A DNA stretch of 64,000 nucleotides from an uncultured Gemmatimonadales bacterium (GCA_963748815.1 CAVVKJ010000008.1:32001-96000), one strand, 5' to 3'; numbered from the stretch's first letter, positions 40,000 through 51,966 are shown. Notes: generated by a model not told the origin, from the letters alone. Translations and numbers: made by a program.

Positions 40000-41345
40000 A
40001 TGCTGAGATCCTTCATCCCTGTTGCCCTGGCCCTCGCGCCGCCACTCCGCTCCGGGCGCAGGCGCCGCTGACCCTGGCCGACGCCTTCCGTCGCGCCGAT
40101 TCCGCGGCCTACGCCAACCGGATCGCCGCCGGCGGCGCCCGCGCCCAGGAGGCCCAGTCCACCGCCGCCCTCCAGGGGATCCTCCCCACGGTGCGCGCCG
40201 AGGCCGGGTACTTCCAGACCGACAACCCGCTGGGCGCCTTCGGCTTCACCCTGCAGCAGCGTGGCGTCTCGATGGCCTCCTTCAACCCGGCCAGCCTCAA
40301 CTACCCCGACGCGGTCACCAACTGGAACGGCGGGCTGGTCGCCGAGGTCCCCCTCATCAACGTCGACGCCTGGTTCGGCAAGGCCGCCGCGTCGAGCGCC
40401 GGCGCCGCCGCGGAGGCCGGCTCCGGCTGGACCCGCGAGACCACCCGGGTGGACGTGACCCGCGCCTACTTCGGCGCCATCCTCGCCCGGGAGCAGGTCC
40501 GGACCCTCGAGGCCGCCACCGCCGCCGGCAAGGCGCACGTGAAGCAGGCGGAGTCGATGGTCACCAACGGTCTCGCGACCAGGTCCGACGCACTCCTCGC
40601 TGCGGTGCAGGCCGGCCAGGTCGAGGCGCAGCTCATCGGCGCCCGCGGCAACGCCGGCATCGCCGTGGCGCAGCTGGCGCTGATGCTCGGTCAGCCCGGC
40701 GACACCTCCTTTGTCCTCCCCGACTCGCTGCCGTCGGCGGCGCAGATCCGCGAGCTCGTCGCGCTCCCGTACGGCGACTCCCTGTCCGCCCGTCTCGACG
40801 TGACCGCCGCGCAACTCGGAGTGCAGGCCGCCGAGCGCGACGTGCGCCGCGCCAACGCGGTGTACATCCCGCGGCTCAACGGCTTCGGCCGCCTCGACTG
40901 GAACAGCCCCGACCAGCTCTTCGGCGGGCAGAGCAGCTACACCGTCGGCGTCATGGCCTCGTGGACCCCCTTCGCCGGCGCCTCCGAGATCGGAGCACGC
41001 CAGGCGGCGCAGGGCCGCGCCGACGCCGCCCGCGCCATGGCCGAAGCCGCCACCGCCGGCGCCGCCCTCGAACAGACCGCCACCCGCACCCAGCTCGCGG
41101 TGGCCGTCGCCCGGCTCGGCATCGCCGAAGTGTCGGTGGAGCAGGGGACCGAGGCGCACCGCATCGTGGCAAAGAAGTACGCCGGCGGTCTCGCCACGGT
41201 CGCCGAACTCCTCAGCGCCGCCGCCGTCGAAACGCAGACCCGGCTCGGCCTCGCCGACGCCCGTTACCAGACCATCACCGCCGACGCGGCGGCTCGGCAG
41301 GCCGCCGGCGCCGACCTGATGGCGCTCACCGTCCTGGAGAATTGA
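40000..41345 (+). CDS. TolC family outer membrane protein (frameshift near 40045)
   Basis: LTLADA N-terminus; [19 protein letters not shown]. Confidence 0.85.
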
Positions 41346-41346
41346 C

Positions 41347-42368
41347 ATGCGCAAGATCATTCCGGTCGCCGGCATCCTGATGGCGAGTCTTGCCCTCGGT
41401 GCCTGCGGGTCCGATGCCGAGAACGTCTCCGGCGAGAGGCTGCCACTCGGCGGCGTGGCCGTGGCGGTCACCGACACGACCGTCGTGGACGCCTTCGAGG
41501 CCGCCGGCACCGCCGACCCGATCCGCGCCGCCACGCTCAGCACCAAGCTGATGGGCTCGGTCACGGCCGTGCCGGTGCTACGAGGGCGACCGCGTCGCCG
41601 CCGGCCAGGTGCTGGTCCGGCTCGATGCCCGCGACCTCGACGCCAAGCGCGCCCAGGTCGAGGCCGGCCTCGCCGAGGCGACCGCGGTGCACAGCGACGC
41701 GACGGTGCAGGTGGGCCGGATCCGCGCGCTCTACGCCGACAGCGCCGCCACCAGGGCGCAGCTCGACCAGGCCGAGACCGGCCTGGCCCGCGCCACCGCG
41801 GCGGTCGCCAGCGCCAGGGCGATGGCCGCCGAACTGGCGGCCACCGCCTCGTACGCGGAAGTCCGCGCGCCGTTCGCGGGTGTGGTGACCCATCGCTTCG
41901 TCGATCCGGGATCGTTCGCGGCGCCGGGTGCGCCGCTCGTAACGGTGGAAGACGCCGGCACGCTGCGGGTGACCGTCAGCGCCGCCCCCGACGCCGTGCG
42001 CGGCCTCAAGGCCGGCACGACCGTCACCGCCATCATCGGCGACGTGACCGTCGACGCGAAGGTGGAGGGGGTGGTGCCCTCCGGGCCCAATCTCTACACC
42101 GTCAACGCACTGGTCCCGAACGCCAAGGGCGAGTTCCTCAGCGGCAGTTCCGCCACGCTGGCGCTCCCGCGCGGGACGCGCCGCGCCATCCTCGTGCCGG
42201 CCGGCGCCGTCGTTCGTCAGGGCGACCTGACCGGCGTGCGCACCGTGGCAGACGGCCAGCCGACGTTGCGCTGGGTCAAGCTCGGCCGCACCGCCGATGG
42301 CGATGGTGGAGGTGCTCTCCGGCCTCGCTGCGGGTGACACCGTGGTGGTGGCCGGCGGGGAGCGCTGA
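41347..42368 (+). CDS. RND periplasmic adaptor (frameshifts near 41580 and 42300)
   Basis: LALGAC lipobox; [15 protein letters not shown]. Confidence 0.85.
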
Positions 42369-42370
42369 TC

Positions 42371-45300
42371 ATGGGCATCGCCGGACGGATGGCGCAGGCG
42401 TTCCTGCATTCGAAGCTGACCCCGCTCGTCACGGTCGCGTCGCTCGCGGTCGGCGCGCTCGCCATCCTCGCGACGCCGCGCGAGGAAGAGCCGCAGATCT
42501 CGGTGCCGATGATCGACGTCATCGCCGTGATGCCCGGCGCCTCCCCCGAGGAGGTCGAGAACCTGCTCACTCGGCCGATCGAGAAGCTGATGTGGGAGGT
42601 CCCCGGCGTGGAGTACGTCTACGCCATGGCCGGCGAATCGATGACGCTGGTCACGGTGCGTTTCAAGGTGGGCGAGAACCAGGACCTCGCCACGAGTCGC
42701 GTCTTCAACAAGATCGGGTCCGCGGCGGACCAGGCGCCCCCGGGCGCCATGCCACCGATGATCAAGCCCCACGGCATCGACGACGTGCCGATCCTGGCGC
42801 TCACGCTGCACGGCGGTGGCTACGGCTCCGACGAGCTGCGCGCCATGGCCACGCACCTGGCCGACGAACTCTCCACCATTCCGGACCTCGCCCGCATCGA
42901 CCTGATCGGCGGCGAGCCGACCCAGTTGCGCGTGACGCTCGACCCGGCCCGGCTGGCGGCGAGCGGCGTCACCCCCGGCGAAGTGATGCAGGCGCTTCGC
43001 GCCGCCAACGTGCGTCTCCCCGCCGGCGAGTTCGCCTCCGCCAACGAGGTCTTCCTCGTCTCCGTCGGCGCGCCGATCCGCTCCGCGCAGGACGCCGGCG
43101 ACGTCGTCGTCGCCAATCGCGCGCGGACCCGGTCTACCTCCGCAACGTCGCCACCGTCGTCGAGGCCCCGGCCGAGGCCACCGACTACGTGACCCACGCC
43201 GCACGCGGCGAGAGCGGGGCGCAGGCGGTGACGATTGCGGTGGCCAAGCGCCCCGGCGTCAACGCCACCGACATCGCGCATGCCGCGCTGGAGCGGGTGG
43301 ACGAGGCGCGGAGCCGGCTCCTTCCCGCCGACGTGCTGGTGGACGTCACCCGCAACTACGGCGAGACGGCCAGCGAGAAGTCCAACGAGCTGATGCTGCA
43401 CCTGCTCATCGCGACGCTCTCCGTCACCGTCCTGATCGGCCTCTTCCTCGGCTGGCGCGAGGCGCTGGTGGTGCTGGTGGCGGTGCCCGTCACCCTGGCG
43501 CTGACGCTCTTCGTGTACTACGCGCTGGGGTACTCTCTCAACCGGATCACGCTCTTCGCGCTGATCTTCTCGATCGGCATCCTGGTGGACGACGCCATCG
43601 TGGTGGTGGAGAACATCTACCGCCACCTCCAGATGGGCGACCGCGCCCCGGACGTGGCCGCGGTCGAGGGCGTGGACGAGGTCGGCAACCCGACCATCCT
43701 CGCCACCTTCACCGTCATCGCGGCCATCCTGCCGATGGCGTTCGTCTCCGGCCTCATGGGTCCCTACATGCGGCCCATCCCGGTCGGCGCCTCGGCGGCG
43801 ATGCTCGCCTCGCTCGCGGTGGCGTTCATCATCACGCCGTACCTGGCGCTGCGCCTCCTCAAGGGGCACGTGGCCCCCGGGCCGCACATGCCCGACCGCG
43901 CGCACGAGCCGGAGGAGCTGTCGGGCTTCGCGAAGTTCTACACCGGCATCATGACGCCGCTGATGGACATCCCGCGCCGCCGGATGGCGTTCTACGGCGG
44001 GATCGTGGCGCTGCTGCTCGTGTCGATGGGACTGCTGGCGGTCAAGCTGGTGGAAGTGAAGATGCTGCCCTTCGACAACAAGTCGGAGTTCCAGGTGGTG
44101 CTCGACCTGCCCGAGGGCGCCACGCTCGAGACCTCCAACGCGGCGGCCGGCGCGGTGGCGGCCTACCTGCGCACGGTGCCGGAAGTCACCAGCACCGAGA
44201 CCTACGCCGGCACCTCGGCGCCGTTCAACTTCAACGGCCTGGTGCGGCACTACTTCATGCGCCGCGGCGCCAACGTGGCCGACGTGCAGGTGAACCTCCT
44301 CCCCAAGGGCGAGCGGAGCCGGCAGAGCCACGACATCGCGGTGGCCGTGCGGCCGGCGGTGGATTCGATCGCGCGGCGCTTCGGCGCCAACGCCAAGATC
44401 GCCGAGATTCCCCCCGGCCCGCCGGTGCTCTCCACGCTGGTGGCCGAGGTGTACGCCGCCGACGACAGCACGCGGCTCCTGGCGGCCACGAAAGTCAAGG
44501 CGGTCATGGAGTCCACGCCCGGCGTGGTGGACGTGGACTGGACCGTCGAGGCGCCGCAGGCCAAGCGATGCCTTCCGCGTGGACCGGGTGCGCGCCGCCG
44601 AGGCGGGCGTCACGGTCGAACAGGTGGCGCAGGTGCTGACGATGGCGCTCTCCGGCGCCGACGCCGGGCTGGCCAGCGTGCCGACCGCGCGCGAGGGCGT
44701 GGCGATCGTGCCCCGGCTCGGCTTGACCAGCCGGAGCGGCGTCGAGGCGCTGCTGGCGGTGCCGGTGGCCACGCCGCGCGGCCCGACGCCGCTGGGGCGG
44801 TTCGTCACGGTGGAATCCACCACCCGCTCGCCGCTCCGGATGCGGAAGAACCTCCGGCCCGTCATCTACGTGACCGGCGACGTGGCCGGCACCATCGAGT
44901 CGCCGGTGTACGCCATCCTCGCCATGAACAAGGCGCTCGACACCGTGCAGGTGCACGGCGCGTCCATCGCGCGCTACAACGCGACCGCGCCCGACCGGCT
45001 CGACGAGACCGCCATGAAGTGGGACGGCGAGTGGCAGGTCACCATCGAGGTCTTCCGCGACCTCGGCCTCGCCTTCGCCGCCGTGCTGGTGCTCATCTAT
45101 GTGCTCGTGGTGGGGTGGTTCCAGTCGTTCAAGATCCCCCTCGTCATCATGGCGCCGATTCCGCTGACCCTCATCGGCATCCTCCCGGGGCACGCCCTGA
45201 CCGGGGCGTTCTTCACCGCGACGTCGATGATCGGGATGATCGCGCTGGCGGGCATCATCGTGCGGAACTCGATCCTGCTGGTGGATTTCATCCAGCTCGC

Positions 45301-45541
45301 CGAGGCGCGCGGCCGTCCGCTCCGCGAGGCGGTGCTCGAGGCGGGGGCGGTGCGGTTCCGGCCGATCGCGCTCACCGCGGCCGCCGTCGTCATCGGCGGG
45401 ATCGTGATGGTGCTCGACCCGATCTTCCAGGGCCTCGCGGTGGCGCTGATGAGCGGCGCCATCGCGGCCACACTGCTCACCATGGTGGTGGTGCCGCTCC
45501 TCTACTGGGAGCTCCGGCGCCGCGAAGGAGCCACGTCATGA
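42371..45541 (+). CDS. RND efflux permease, AcrB/CusA-like (frameshifts near 43120 and 44570)
   Basis: [44 protein letters not shown]. Confidence 0.9.
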
Positions 45542-45822
45542 AAATGCTGATGCTGACCTACAGCGGCGCCGAGCCGGCGCGGATCTCCGCGCTCCTCGAT
45601 GCGGCCGGCGTGCCCGGCCACACCTGGTTCGAGGGCGGGCATGGGCATGGGCTGACCGGGCCGCGGGCCGGGACCCGGGCGTGGCCCGGCAGCGTGACCG
45701 TCGGGTTTGCCGTGGTGGAGGACGCGGTGGCCGTGACGGCCGCCGCGAGGTGTCGCGAGGCGGAACTTCCCCCGGGCGAGCGGCTGCACGTGGCCGTCAT
45801 GCCCGTCGATTCATTCTCTTAG
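45538..45822 (+). CDS. Small PII-like transporter-associated protein
   Basis: G.G.TGPR.GTRAWPG motif; overlaps the RND stop. Confidence 0.65.
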   Translation: MKMLMLTYSGAEPARISALLDAAGVPGHTWFEGGHGHGLTGPRAGTRAWPGSVTVGFAVVEDAVAVTAAARCREAELPPGERLHVAVMPVDSFS

Positions 45823-45837
45823 GCGTGGAGGTGGCTG

Positions 45838-46044
45838 ATGTGCAATGATGCAATCATCCGGCGGATCGCCGGGCTCTTCGTGATGGCGTCGGTGGCGCTG
45901 GGGTTCTGGGTGCATCCCGGGTTCCTCGCCTTCACCGCCTTCGTGGGATTCAACCTCTTTCAGTCCAGCCTCACCGGGTTCTGCCCGCTGGAGCGGATCC
46001 TGGGGAGCGTGGGCTTGTTCGGCTGCGAGCCGAAGAAGGCCTGA
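45838..46044 (+). CDS. DUF2892/YgaP-like membrane protein
   Basis: IRRIAG; FVGFNLFQSSLTGFCP. Confidence 0.85.
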   Translation: MCNDAIIRRIAGLFVMASVALGFWVHPGFLAFTAFVGFNLFQSSLTGFCPLERILGSVGLFGCEPKKA

Positions 46045-46047
46045 ACC

Positions 46048-46377
46048 CTACCGGCGGCGGCGGAGGAGTTTCTTCTTCCGGTCGAGCTCCTCCTCCAGCC
46101 CGCCGCACACCAGCTCACACATCGTGAACACCTGCGGGTCGGTGATCCGGTACCAGCTGGTGGTCCCTTCCTTCCGGCGGTCCACGTAGCCCTGCTGCAG
46201 CAGCACCTGCAGGTGCTTCGACACGTTGGCCTGGCCGCCCCCTGTCCGCTCGGCAAGGTCTCCCACGGAACACTCCCCGGCGCGCAGCGCCTGCAGCAGC
46301 CGGAGCCGCATCGGCTCGCCAAGGGCCTTGAACCGCTCGGCGATGGCCGAGGCGTTGGAATCGCTGAGTTCGAGCAT
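46048..46377 (-). CDS. ArsR/SmtB family regulator
   Basis: FKALGEPMRLRLL; QANVSKHL; C-terminal CELVC. Confidence 0.92.
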   Translation of the reverse strand: MLELSDSNASAIAERFKALGEPMRLRLLQALRAGECSVGDLAERTGGGQANVSKHLQVLLQQGYVDRRKEGTTSWYRITDPQVFTMCELVCGGLEEELDRKKKLLRRRR

Positions 46378-46574
46378 GTACCCCTCCAGGGAATCACTAT
46401 ACAACTATCTGGTAATATAGTAATTCCAGCCCCGACGCGCCACACTCGGCAGGTGGTCGTCTCACGGCCCGAGATTGCTTCGTCGGCCCCTGGCGGGGCC
46501 TCCTCGCAATGTCAGAAGGGGACGCCGCCCCTCAGTCCTCAGTCCCCAGTCCTCAGTCCTGATAGATTTGCCGT

Positions 46575-47324
46575 ATGCCCCTCCTCGGCCTCTCTCTCGC
46601 CCTCGTCATCGGCGTCTCCCTCGGCCTTCTCGGCGGGGGCGGGTCCGTCTTGACGGTCCCGATCTTCCATTACGTCCTGGGCTACGGGGTCAAATCGTCC
46701 ATCGCCATGAGCCTGGCCGTCGTCGGCGTGACCAGCGCCGCCGGCGCCCTGGGCCGGCTCCGGAACGGGGAGCTCAACGGCCGGGCGGTGCTCACCTTCG
46801 CGCCGGTGGCCATGCTCGGCACCTTCGTCGGTGCCCGGGTGGCCCTCCTCGTCCCCTCCATCGCCCAGCTGATTCTCTTCGCGGTGACGATGCTGGTGGC
46901 CGCCCTTTTCATGTGGCGGGGACGGCCCGCCGACGCCCATGCCCCCGAGCGGCCGCACCCCGTGCTCGTCGCGCTCATTGGCGGTGCCGTGGGGATCCTC
47001 ACCGGGCTCGTCGGGGTGGGCGGGGGGTTCCTGATCGTGCCGGCGCTGGTCCTCCTCCTCGGCGTGCCGGTCAAGGAAGCCGTCGGCACTTCGCTCGGGG
47101 TCATCGCCCTCAACTCGGCGTCGGGATTTGCCGGGTACTGGGGGAAGGTGGATATTGATCTGCGCATGATGGCGGGCTTCACCGCCGTGGCGATCGTCGG
47201 TGTCTTCGTCGGCACGCTGCTCGGCCGGCGGGTGAGCCCGGGCAATCTCCGCAGGGGATTCGCCGTGCTGCTGGTGGTCGTCGGGGCGGCGATCCTCCTG
47301 AAGAGCCTGCTCGGGCAGGCCTGA
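46575..47324 (+). CDS. Sulfite exporter TauE/SafE family
   Basis: GLLGGGGSVLTVP; GLVGVGGGFLIVPAL; AVGTSL. Confidence 0.92.
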   Translation: MPLLGLSLALVIGVSLGLLGGGGSVLTVPIFHYVLGYGVKSSIAMSLAVVGVTSAAGALGRLRNGELNGRAVLTFAPVAMLGTFVGARVALLVPSIAQLILFAVTMLVAALFMWRGRPADAHAPERPHPVLVALIGGAVGILTGLVGVGGGFLIVPALVLLLGVPVKEAVGTSLGVIALNSASGFAGYWGKVDIDLRMMAGFTAVAIVGVFVGTLLGRRVSPGNLRRGFAVLLVVVGAAILLKSLLGQA

Positions 47325-47345
47325 ACCTCTCTCGGAATCCTGACC

Positions 47346-48770
47346 ATGTTCTTCCAGCGCTTCTACGACGACACCCTCGCCCAGACCAGCTACCTCATCG
47401 GCTGCGCCGCCACGGGTGAGGCGATGGTGATCGACCCGAACCGGGACGTCGCGCAATACGTGCGCGCCGCCGAGGACGAAGGGCTCCGGATCACGCACGT
47501 GACCGAGACCCATATCCACGCCGACTTTCTTTCCGGGACCCGGGAGCTGTCACACCTCACGGGTGCGGTGATGTATCTCTCCGACGAGGGCGGCCCCGGC
47601 TGGCAGTACGCTTTCGCGAAGCAGGGCGGGGCGGTGCTGCTCCACGACAACGACCACTTCATGGTCGGCAACATCCGGTTCGACGTCCTCCACACCCCGG
47701 GGCACACGCCCGAACACATGGCCTTCGTGGTGACGGACACCGCCGGCGCCACCGGGCCGATGGGCATCGTCACCGGCGATTTCGTGTTCGTGGGTGACGT
47801 GGGCCGGCCCGACCTGCTCGAGAAGGCGGCGAAGGTGGCGGGGTCGGCGGACGGCGCCGCCCGCGCGCTCTGGAAGAGCCTCGCCAAGTTCCGGACCCTC
47901 CCCGACCACTTGCAGGTGTGGCCCGGCCACGGCGCCGGCTCCGCCTGCGGCAAGGGAATGAGCGCGGTGCCGCAGAGCACCGTCGGCTACGAGAAGCTCT
48001 TCAACTGGGCGTTCGGCGCGGCCACCGAGGACGAGTTCGTGGCGCAGGTGCTCGCCGGGCAGCCCGAGCCGCCGAAATACTTCGCCGAGATGAAGCGTCT
48101 CAACCGCGACGGCCCGCCGATCCTGGACGGATTGCGCACGCCGCCACGGATCGAGGGCGCGCGCCTGCCGGAGCTGCTGGCCTCGGGTGTGACCGTCGTG
48201 GACGCGCGCCCCAGCGAGGCGTTCACCGCACGGCATATCCCCGGCACCATTCACATCCCGCTGGACCGCTCCTTCACCACCTGGGCGGGGTGGCTGCTGT
48301 CGTACACCGAGCCGTTCTACCTCCTGGTGAGTGGCGACTCGCCGGAGCGCCTCCACGAGGCGCTCCGCGACCTGGCCATGATCGGGCTGGACGGGGCGGC
48401 GGGGTGGTTCGGATCGGATGCGATTGCGGCGTGGGGCAAGGAGGGGCTGGCGTACGGCAACACGGCGTTGATCACGCCGGAGGAGCTCGCGGGCCGGCAG
48501 GAGCGCAACGGGCTGGCGGTGCTCGATGTGCGCGGTCAGGCCGAGTGGCAGGCGGGTCACTTGCCGGGGGTCGGCAACATTCCGCTCGGCTACCTCCTCG
48601 ACCGGATCGACGAGGTGCCCGCAGGCCGACCCCTGGTGCTGCAGTGCGGCGGTGGGACGCGTTCCCTGATCGCCGCGAGCCTCCTCGAGTCCCGCGGCAT
48701 CGTCGACGTCATCAACCTCACCGGCGGCATCACGGCGTGGGAGAAGGCGGGGCTGCCGGTCGAGCGCTAG
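47346..48770 (+). CDS. MBL-fold persulfide dioxygenase-rhodanese fusion (CstB-like)
   Basis: ETHIHADF; TPGHTPEH; GDVGRPDL; PGHGAGSACGK; rhodanese CGGGTRS. Confidence 0.9.
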   Translation: MFFQRFYDDTLAQTSYLIGCAATGEAMVIDPNRDVAQYVRAAEDEGLRITHVTETHIHADFLSGTRELSHLTGAVMYLSDEGGPGWQYAFAKQGGAVLLHDNDHFMVGNIRFDVLHTPGHTPEHMAFVVTDTAGATGPMGIVTGDFVFVGDVGRPDLLEKAAKVAGSADGAARALWKSLAKFRTLPDHLQVWPGHGAGSACGKGMSAVPQSTVGYEKLFNWAFGAATEDEFVAQVLAGQPEPPKYFAEMKRLNRDGPPILDGLRTPPRIEGARLPELLASGVTVVDARPSEAFTARHIPGTIHIPLDRSFTTWAGWLLSYTEPFYLLVSGDSPERLHEALRDLAMIGLDGAAGWFGSDAIAAWGKEGLAYGNTALITPEELAGRQERNGLAVLDVRGQAEWQAGHLPGVGNIPLGYLLDRIDEVPAGRPLVLQCGGGTRSLIAASLLESRGIVDVINLTGGITAWEKAGLPVER

Positions 48771-48856
48771 CTCGGATTGCCGTCACCCCGGCGAAAGCCG
48801 GGGTCCATGTTTAGTTCCCCGCTTCCCCGCTTCCCCGCTTCCCCGCCTAATCAGCG

Positions 48857-50704
48857 TCAGCCGACGACGTACGCTTCCATGGCAAAGTATTCGGCGAGCC
48901 CCAGGCGATTCAGCATCGCCGCCGTTTCCTTGTTCCGCGCTTCCACCCGCTGCCAGAACTCCCGCTCGTCGTGCGCGCCGGGAAATGGCGCCGAGTCCTT
49001 CTGGCTCTGGTGCTTGAAGATCGCCTGGATCTTGAGCTTCAGTTCCTCCTGGCTCATCGGCACCAGCCAGGTCGCCTCGGTGACCGGCCACTCCTGCCAG
49101 GCCCCCCGATAGAGCCACGTCTCCGGTCGCGTGCCGGTCATCTCCGCCAGGGCCCGGTCGATCGCTTCCTTGCACATCCGGTGGGTGCCGTGCGGGTCGC
49201 TCAGGTCGCCGGCCACGAAGATGAGCTGCGGGCGCGTCTCCTCGAGGAGCGCCAGCACGATCTGCACGTCGGCCGCGCCGATGGGGTCCTTGCGCACCTT
49301 GCCGGTCTGGTAGAACGGGAGGTTGAGGAAGCGGGCGTTCGGGGCGCCGAGGCCAATCGTTTCGAGCGCGCTGACCGCCTCGCCCTCCCGGATGATGCGC
49401 TTGACCGCCTGGATCTCCGCGCTGTCCACGGTCCCCGGCGCCTTGGTGGCGAGGAACTCCCTCACCTCGGCGGTGAAGCCAGGCACATCCGCCTTCCCGA
49501 TGCCCCGATCCCGCGCCAGCCGCTCAAGGAAGTCCACGTAGCGCCGGACATCATGATCGAAGACGGCGATGTTGCCGCTCGTCATGTAGGCCACGGTGAT
49601 CTCGTTCCCGTTCTGCGCCAGCTTGTGCAGGATGCCGCCCATCGAGATCACGTCGTCGTCAGGATGCGGCGAGAAGACGAGGACGCGGCGGCCCTCCGGC
49701 AGCTTCGACCGGCCCCGGATGCGGGCGCCCAGCGCGTTGAAGACCGTCCCGTTCACCGCGCCGGGGGAGCCGTGCCGGGCCACCAGCGACGACAGCTTGT
49801 GCTCGGCGTAGTCCCCCTGCGTGAGCTTCAGGATCGCCTTCCCGGTGCGGAGGGAGAGCCAGGTCACGGCGCGGACGGTGAGCTCCGGTGTCCACTCGAC
49901 TTCGTCCACCAGCCAGGGCGTGGCGACGCGCGTCAGGTCGGCGGCGGCGGCGGTGTCGAGGTAGAAGGTGGTGTTGGGGTGGCGTTGCAGAAACGTGGCG
50001 GCCACCTCGAGATCCACCGCCCCCTCCACCGCCCGGCGGACGATGGCCGACTTGTGCTCGCCGGTGGCGAGGATGGCGATCTCGCGCGCCTCGAGGATCG
50101 TCGCGATTCCCATGGTGACCGCCTCGCGCGGCACGTGCTCCTCACCGAAGAAGTCCGCGGCGGCGTCCCGGCGGGTGATCACGTCCAGCTGCACCAGGCG
50201 GGTGCGGCTCTCCACGCCCGATCCCGGTTCGTTGAAGCCGATATGCCCGGTCTTCCCGATCCCCAGCAACTGGAAGTCGATGCCCCCCGCCGCCGCGATG
50301 GCGGCCTCGTAGCGCTCGCACATCCCGTGGACGCCCTCGCGCGCCACCCCGCCGTCAGGGACGTGGGTGTCGGCGGGGTCGATGTCGATGTGGTCGAAGA
50401 GATTTTCCTGCATGAAGCGCCGGTAGGAGTGGATGCTCTCCGGCGCCATCGGCCAGTACTCGTCGAGGTTGAAGGTCACCACCCCCCGAAAGCTCAACCC
50501 CTCCTCGCGGTGCATCCGGATCAGCTCCCGGTACACCCCGATCGGGGTGGACCCGGTGGCCAGGCCGAGCACCGGCCGGGCGCCCGCCGCCCGCCGCTCG
50601 GCGATGACGTCGCGGATGCGCGCCGCGATGGTGCGGGCGAGCGCCTCGTGGCTCTCGAGCACCACGGTGGGGATCCGCTCCGGGCCTCTGGCGGGGTGGG
50701 ACAT
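48857..50704 (-). CDS. nagB: Glucosamine-6-phosphate deaminase with C-terminal PIG-L domain
   Basis: LGLATGSTP; TFNLDEY; GHIGFNEPGS; SPHPDDD. Confidence 0.93.
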   Translation of the reverse strand: MSHPARGPERIPTVVLESHEALARTIAARIRDVIAERRAAGARPVLGLATGSTPIGVYRELIRMHREEGLSFRGVVTFNLDEYWPMAPESIHSYRRFMQENLFDHIDIDPADTHVPDGGVAREGVHGMCERYEAAIAAAGGIDFQLLGIGKTGHIGFNEPGSGVESRTRLVQLDVITRRDAAADFFGEEHVPREAVTMGIATILEAREIAILATGEHKSAIVRRAVEGAVDLEVAATFLQRHPNTTFYLDTAAAADLTRVATPWLVDEVEWTPELTVRAVTWLSLRTGKAILKLTQGDYAEHKLSSLVARHGSPGAVNGTVFNALGARIRGRSKLPEGRRVLVFSPHPDDDVISMGGILHKLAQNGNEITVAYMTSGNIAVFDHDVRRYVDFLERLARDRGIGKADVPGFTAEVREFLATKAPGTVDSAEIQAVKRIIREGEAVSALETIGLGAPNARFLNLPFYQTGKVRKDPIGAADVQIVLALLEETRPQLIFVAGDLSDPHGTHRMCKEAIDRALAEMTGTRPETWLYRGAWQEWPVTEATWLVPMSQEELKLKIQAIFKHQSQKDSAPFPGAHDEREFWQRVEARNKETAAMLNRLGLAEYFAMEAYVVG

Positions 50705-50788
50705 GGCCCAAATCTAACCGGAATCCGCTTGACGCCCGCTTGACCCCCCGGCCCGAACCTCCAGTCGCAACCCTGACTGGAGGTCGTT

Positions 50789-51166
50789 ATGCGGTTCCCA
50801 CGGATGCTCCCGACCCTGTTCCTGGTCCTGACGCTCGGCGCCTGCCACAGCTATGAACCGGTGACGGTGCCCCTGCCTGATTACGCCCCGGCGGTGGACG
50901 GCCGGAACGAGATGCGGCTCACACTGGTGACCGGTGAGCGGATGACGCTGTCGGACACCTACGTCGCCGGCGGGTCGGTCTACGGGTATCCTCTCGACGC
51001 CCCGAGCACCGGCTACGCGCCGGTCGCGGTGCCGGTCAGCGCCATCCAGAAGGCCGACCTCCGGAAGCCGCACGCCTCCAAGCCCCTCGCCTACGTCGTG
51101 GGCGGAGCGCTCATCGCGGGCACAGTGGCGGCCTCGGCGAGCCTCTTCGGCGCGGTGCGGCGCTGA
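50789..51166 (+). CDS. Small lipoprotein
   Basis: GGAGG RBS; LGAC lipobox; C-terminal hydrophobic helix. Confidence 0.75.
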   Translation: MRFPRMLPTLFLVLTLGACHSYEPVTVPLPDYAPAVDGRNEMRLTLVTGERMTLSDTYVAGGSVYGYPLDAPSTGYAPVAVPVSAIQKADLRKPHASKPLAYVVGGALIAGTVAASASLFGAVRR

Positions 51167-51233
51167 TCGCCCGGCGGGATGGTCGCCTGCGGCAAGGTTA
51201 CATTTCCGCCTTCGGATCATCCCCGGAGGCCCC

Positions 51234-51851
51234 ATGGAGTCCCGTCGCATCGAAGCACTGGTTGATGGCGTCTTTGCCGTCGCGATGACCGTGCTCGTGC
51301 TCCAGGTGCCCGTGCCGGCGCTCCCCGATCCGGTCACGGGCGCGGAAGTGGTCGATGCGCTCTGGGCGCTCCTCCCCTCGATCGCCACCTACGCCGTCAG
51401 CTTCCTGATCCTCGGGACCCTCTGGGTCGGCCACCACGACCAGTCGCGCCTGATCCGGCGCACCGATTCTGCACTGGTCTGGTCGAATCTTTTCTTCATC
51501 CTCTGCGTGGCGTTCGTGCCCTTCGCCACGGCGTTCGTCTCCCGCTACCCGCTCCAGCAGGCCGCGATCGTGATCTACGGCGCCACCCTGCTCCTGGCCG
51601 GGATGTTCCTGTTCGCCCACTGGAACCACGCGGTCAACCGCGGCCTCGTTGCCGAGGAGGTCACGCCGGAGCTGGCCGAGGTCGTGCGGGAACGCATCTC
51701 GATGGGGATGGCCGCCTTCCTGGTGGCCACGATCGCCGGGGCGTTCCTCCCGAAGGTGGGGCTCCTCCTCTTCGCGTGCATCCCGATCCTGTACTTGCTC
51801 CCCCGGCGCATCGATCCCGACATGGTCGAGGAAGCCGCCACGAACGAGTAG
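51234..51851 (+). CDS. TMEM175/DUF1211 potassium channel family
   Basis: RIEALVDGVFAVAMTVLVL; YAVSF..LG.LW..HH. Confidence 0.88.
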   Translation: MESRRIEALVDGVFAVAMTVLVLQVPVPALPDPVTGAEVVDALWALLPSIATYAVSFLILGTLWVGHHDQSRLIRRTDSALVWSNLFFILCVAFVPFATAFVSRYPLQQAAIVIYGATLLLAGMFLFAHWNHAVNRGLVAEEVTPELAEVVRERISMGMAAFLVATIAGAFLPKVGLLLFACIPILYLLPRRIDPDMVEEAATNE

Positions 51852-51866
51852 CACCTCTGGCGCCGG

Positions 51867-51966
51867 TGTCAGTTTGACGGCATGGGTACGCCCCGCGTGT
51901 CACGGTGACAGGCGGGGCGACTTGTCGCTGTCAGGATGGCGCCCGTCGGTTGGCACGCCGGCTGCA
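51867..51966 (+). promoter_or_regulatory. Sigma54 promoter with two candidate upstream activator sites
   Basis: TGGCACG-N4-CTGCA at 51951-51966; TGTCA-N3-TGACR at 51867 and 51898. Confidence 0.65.

Noticed and set aside
51848..51875. CIRCE element upstream of hsp20
   Set aside because: Only a TAGCAC half-site is present; the spacing and right arm do not match.
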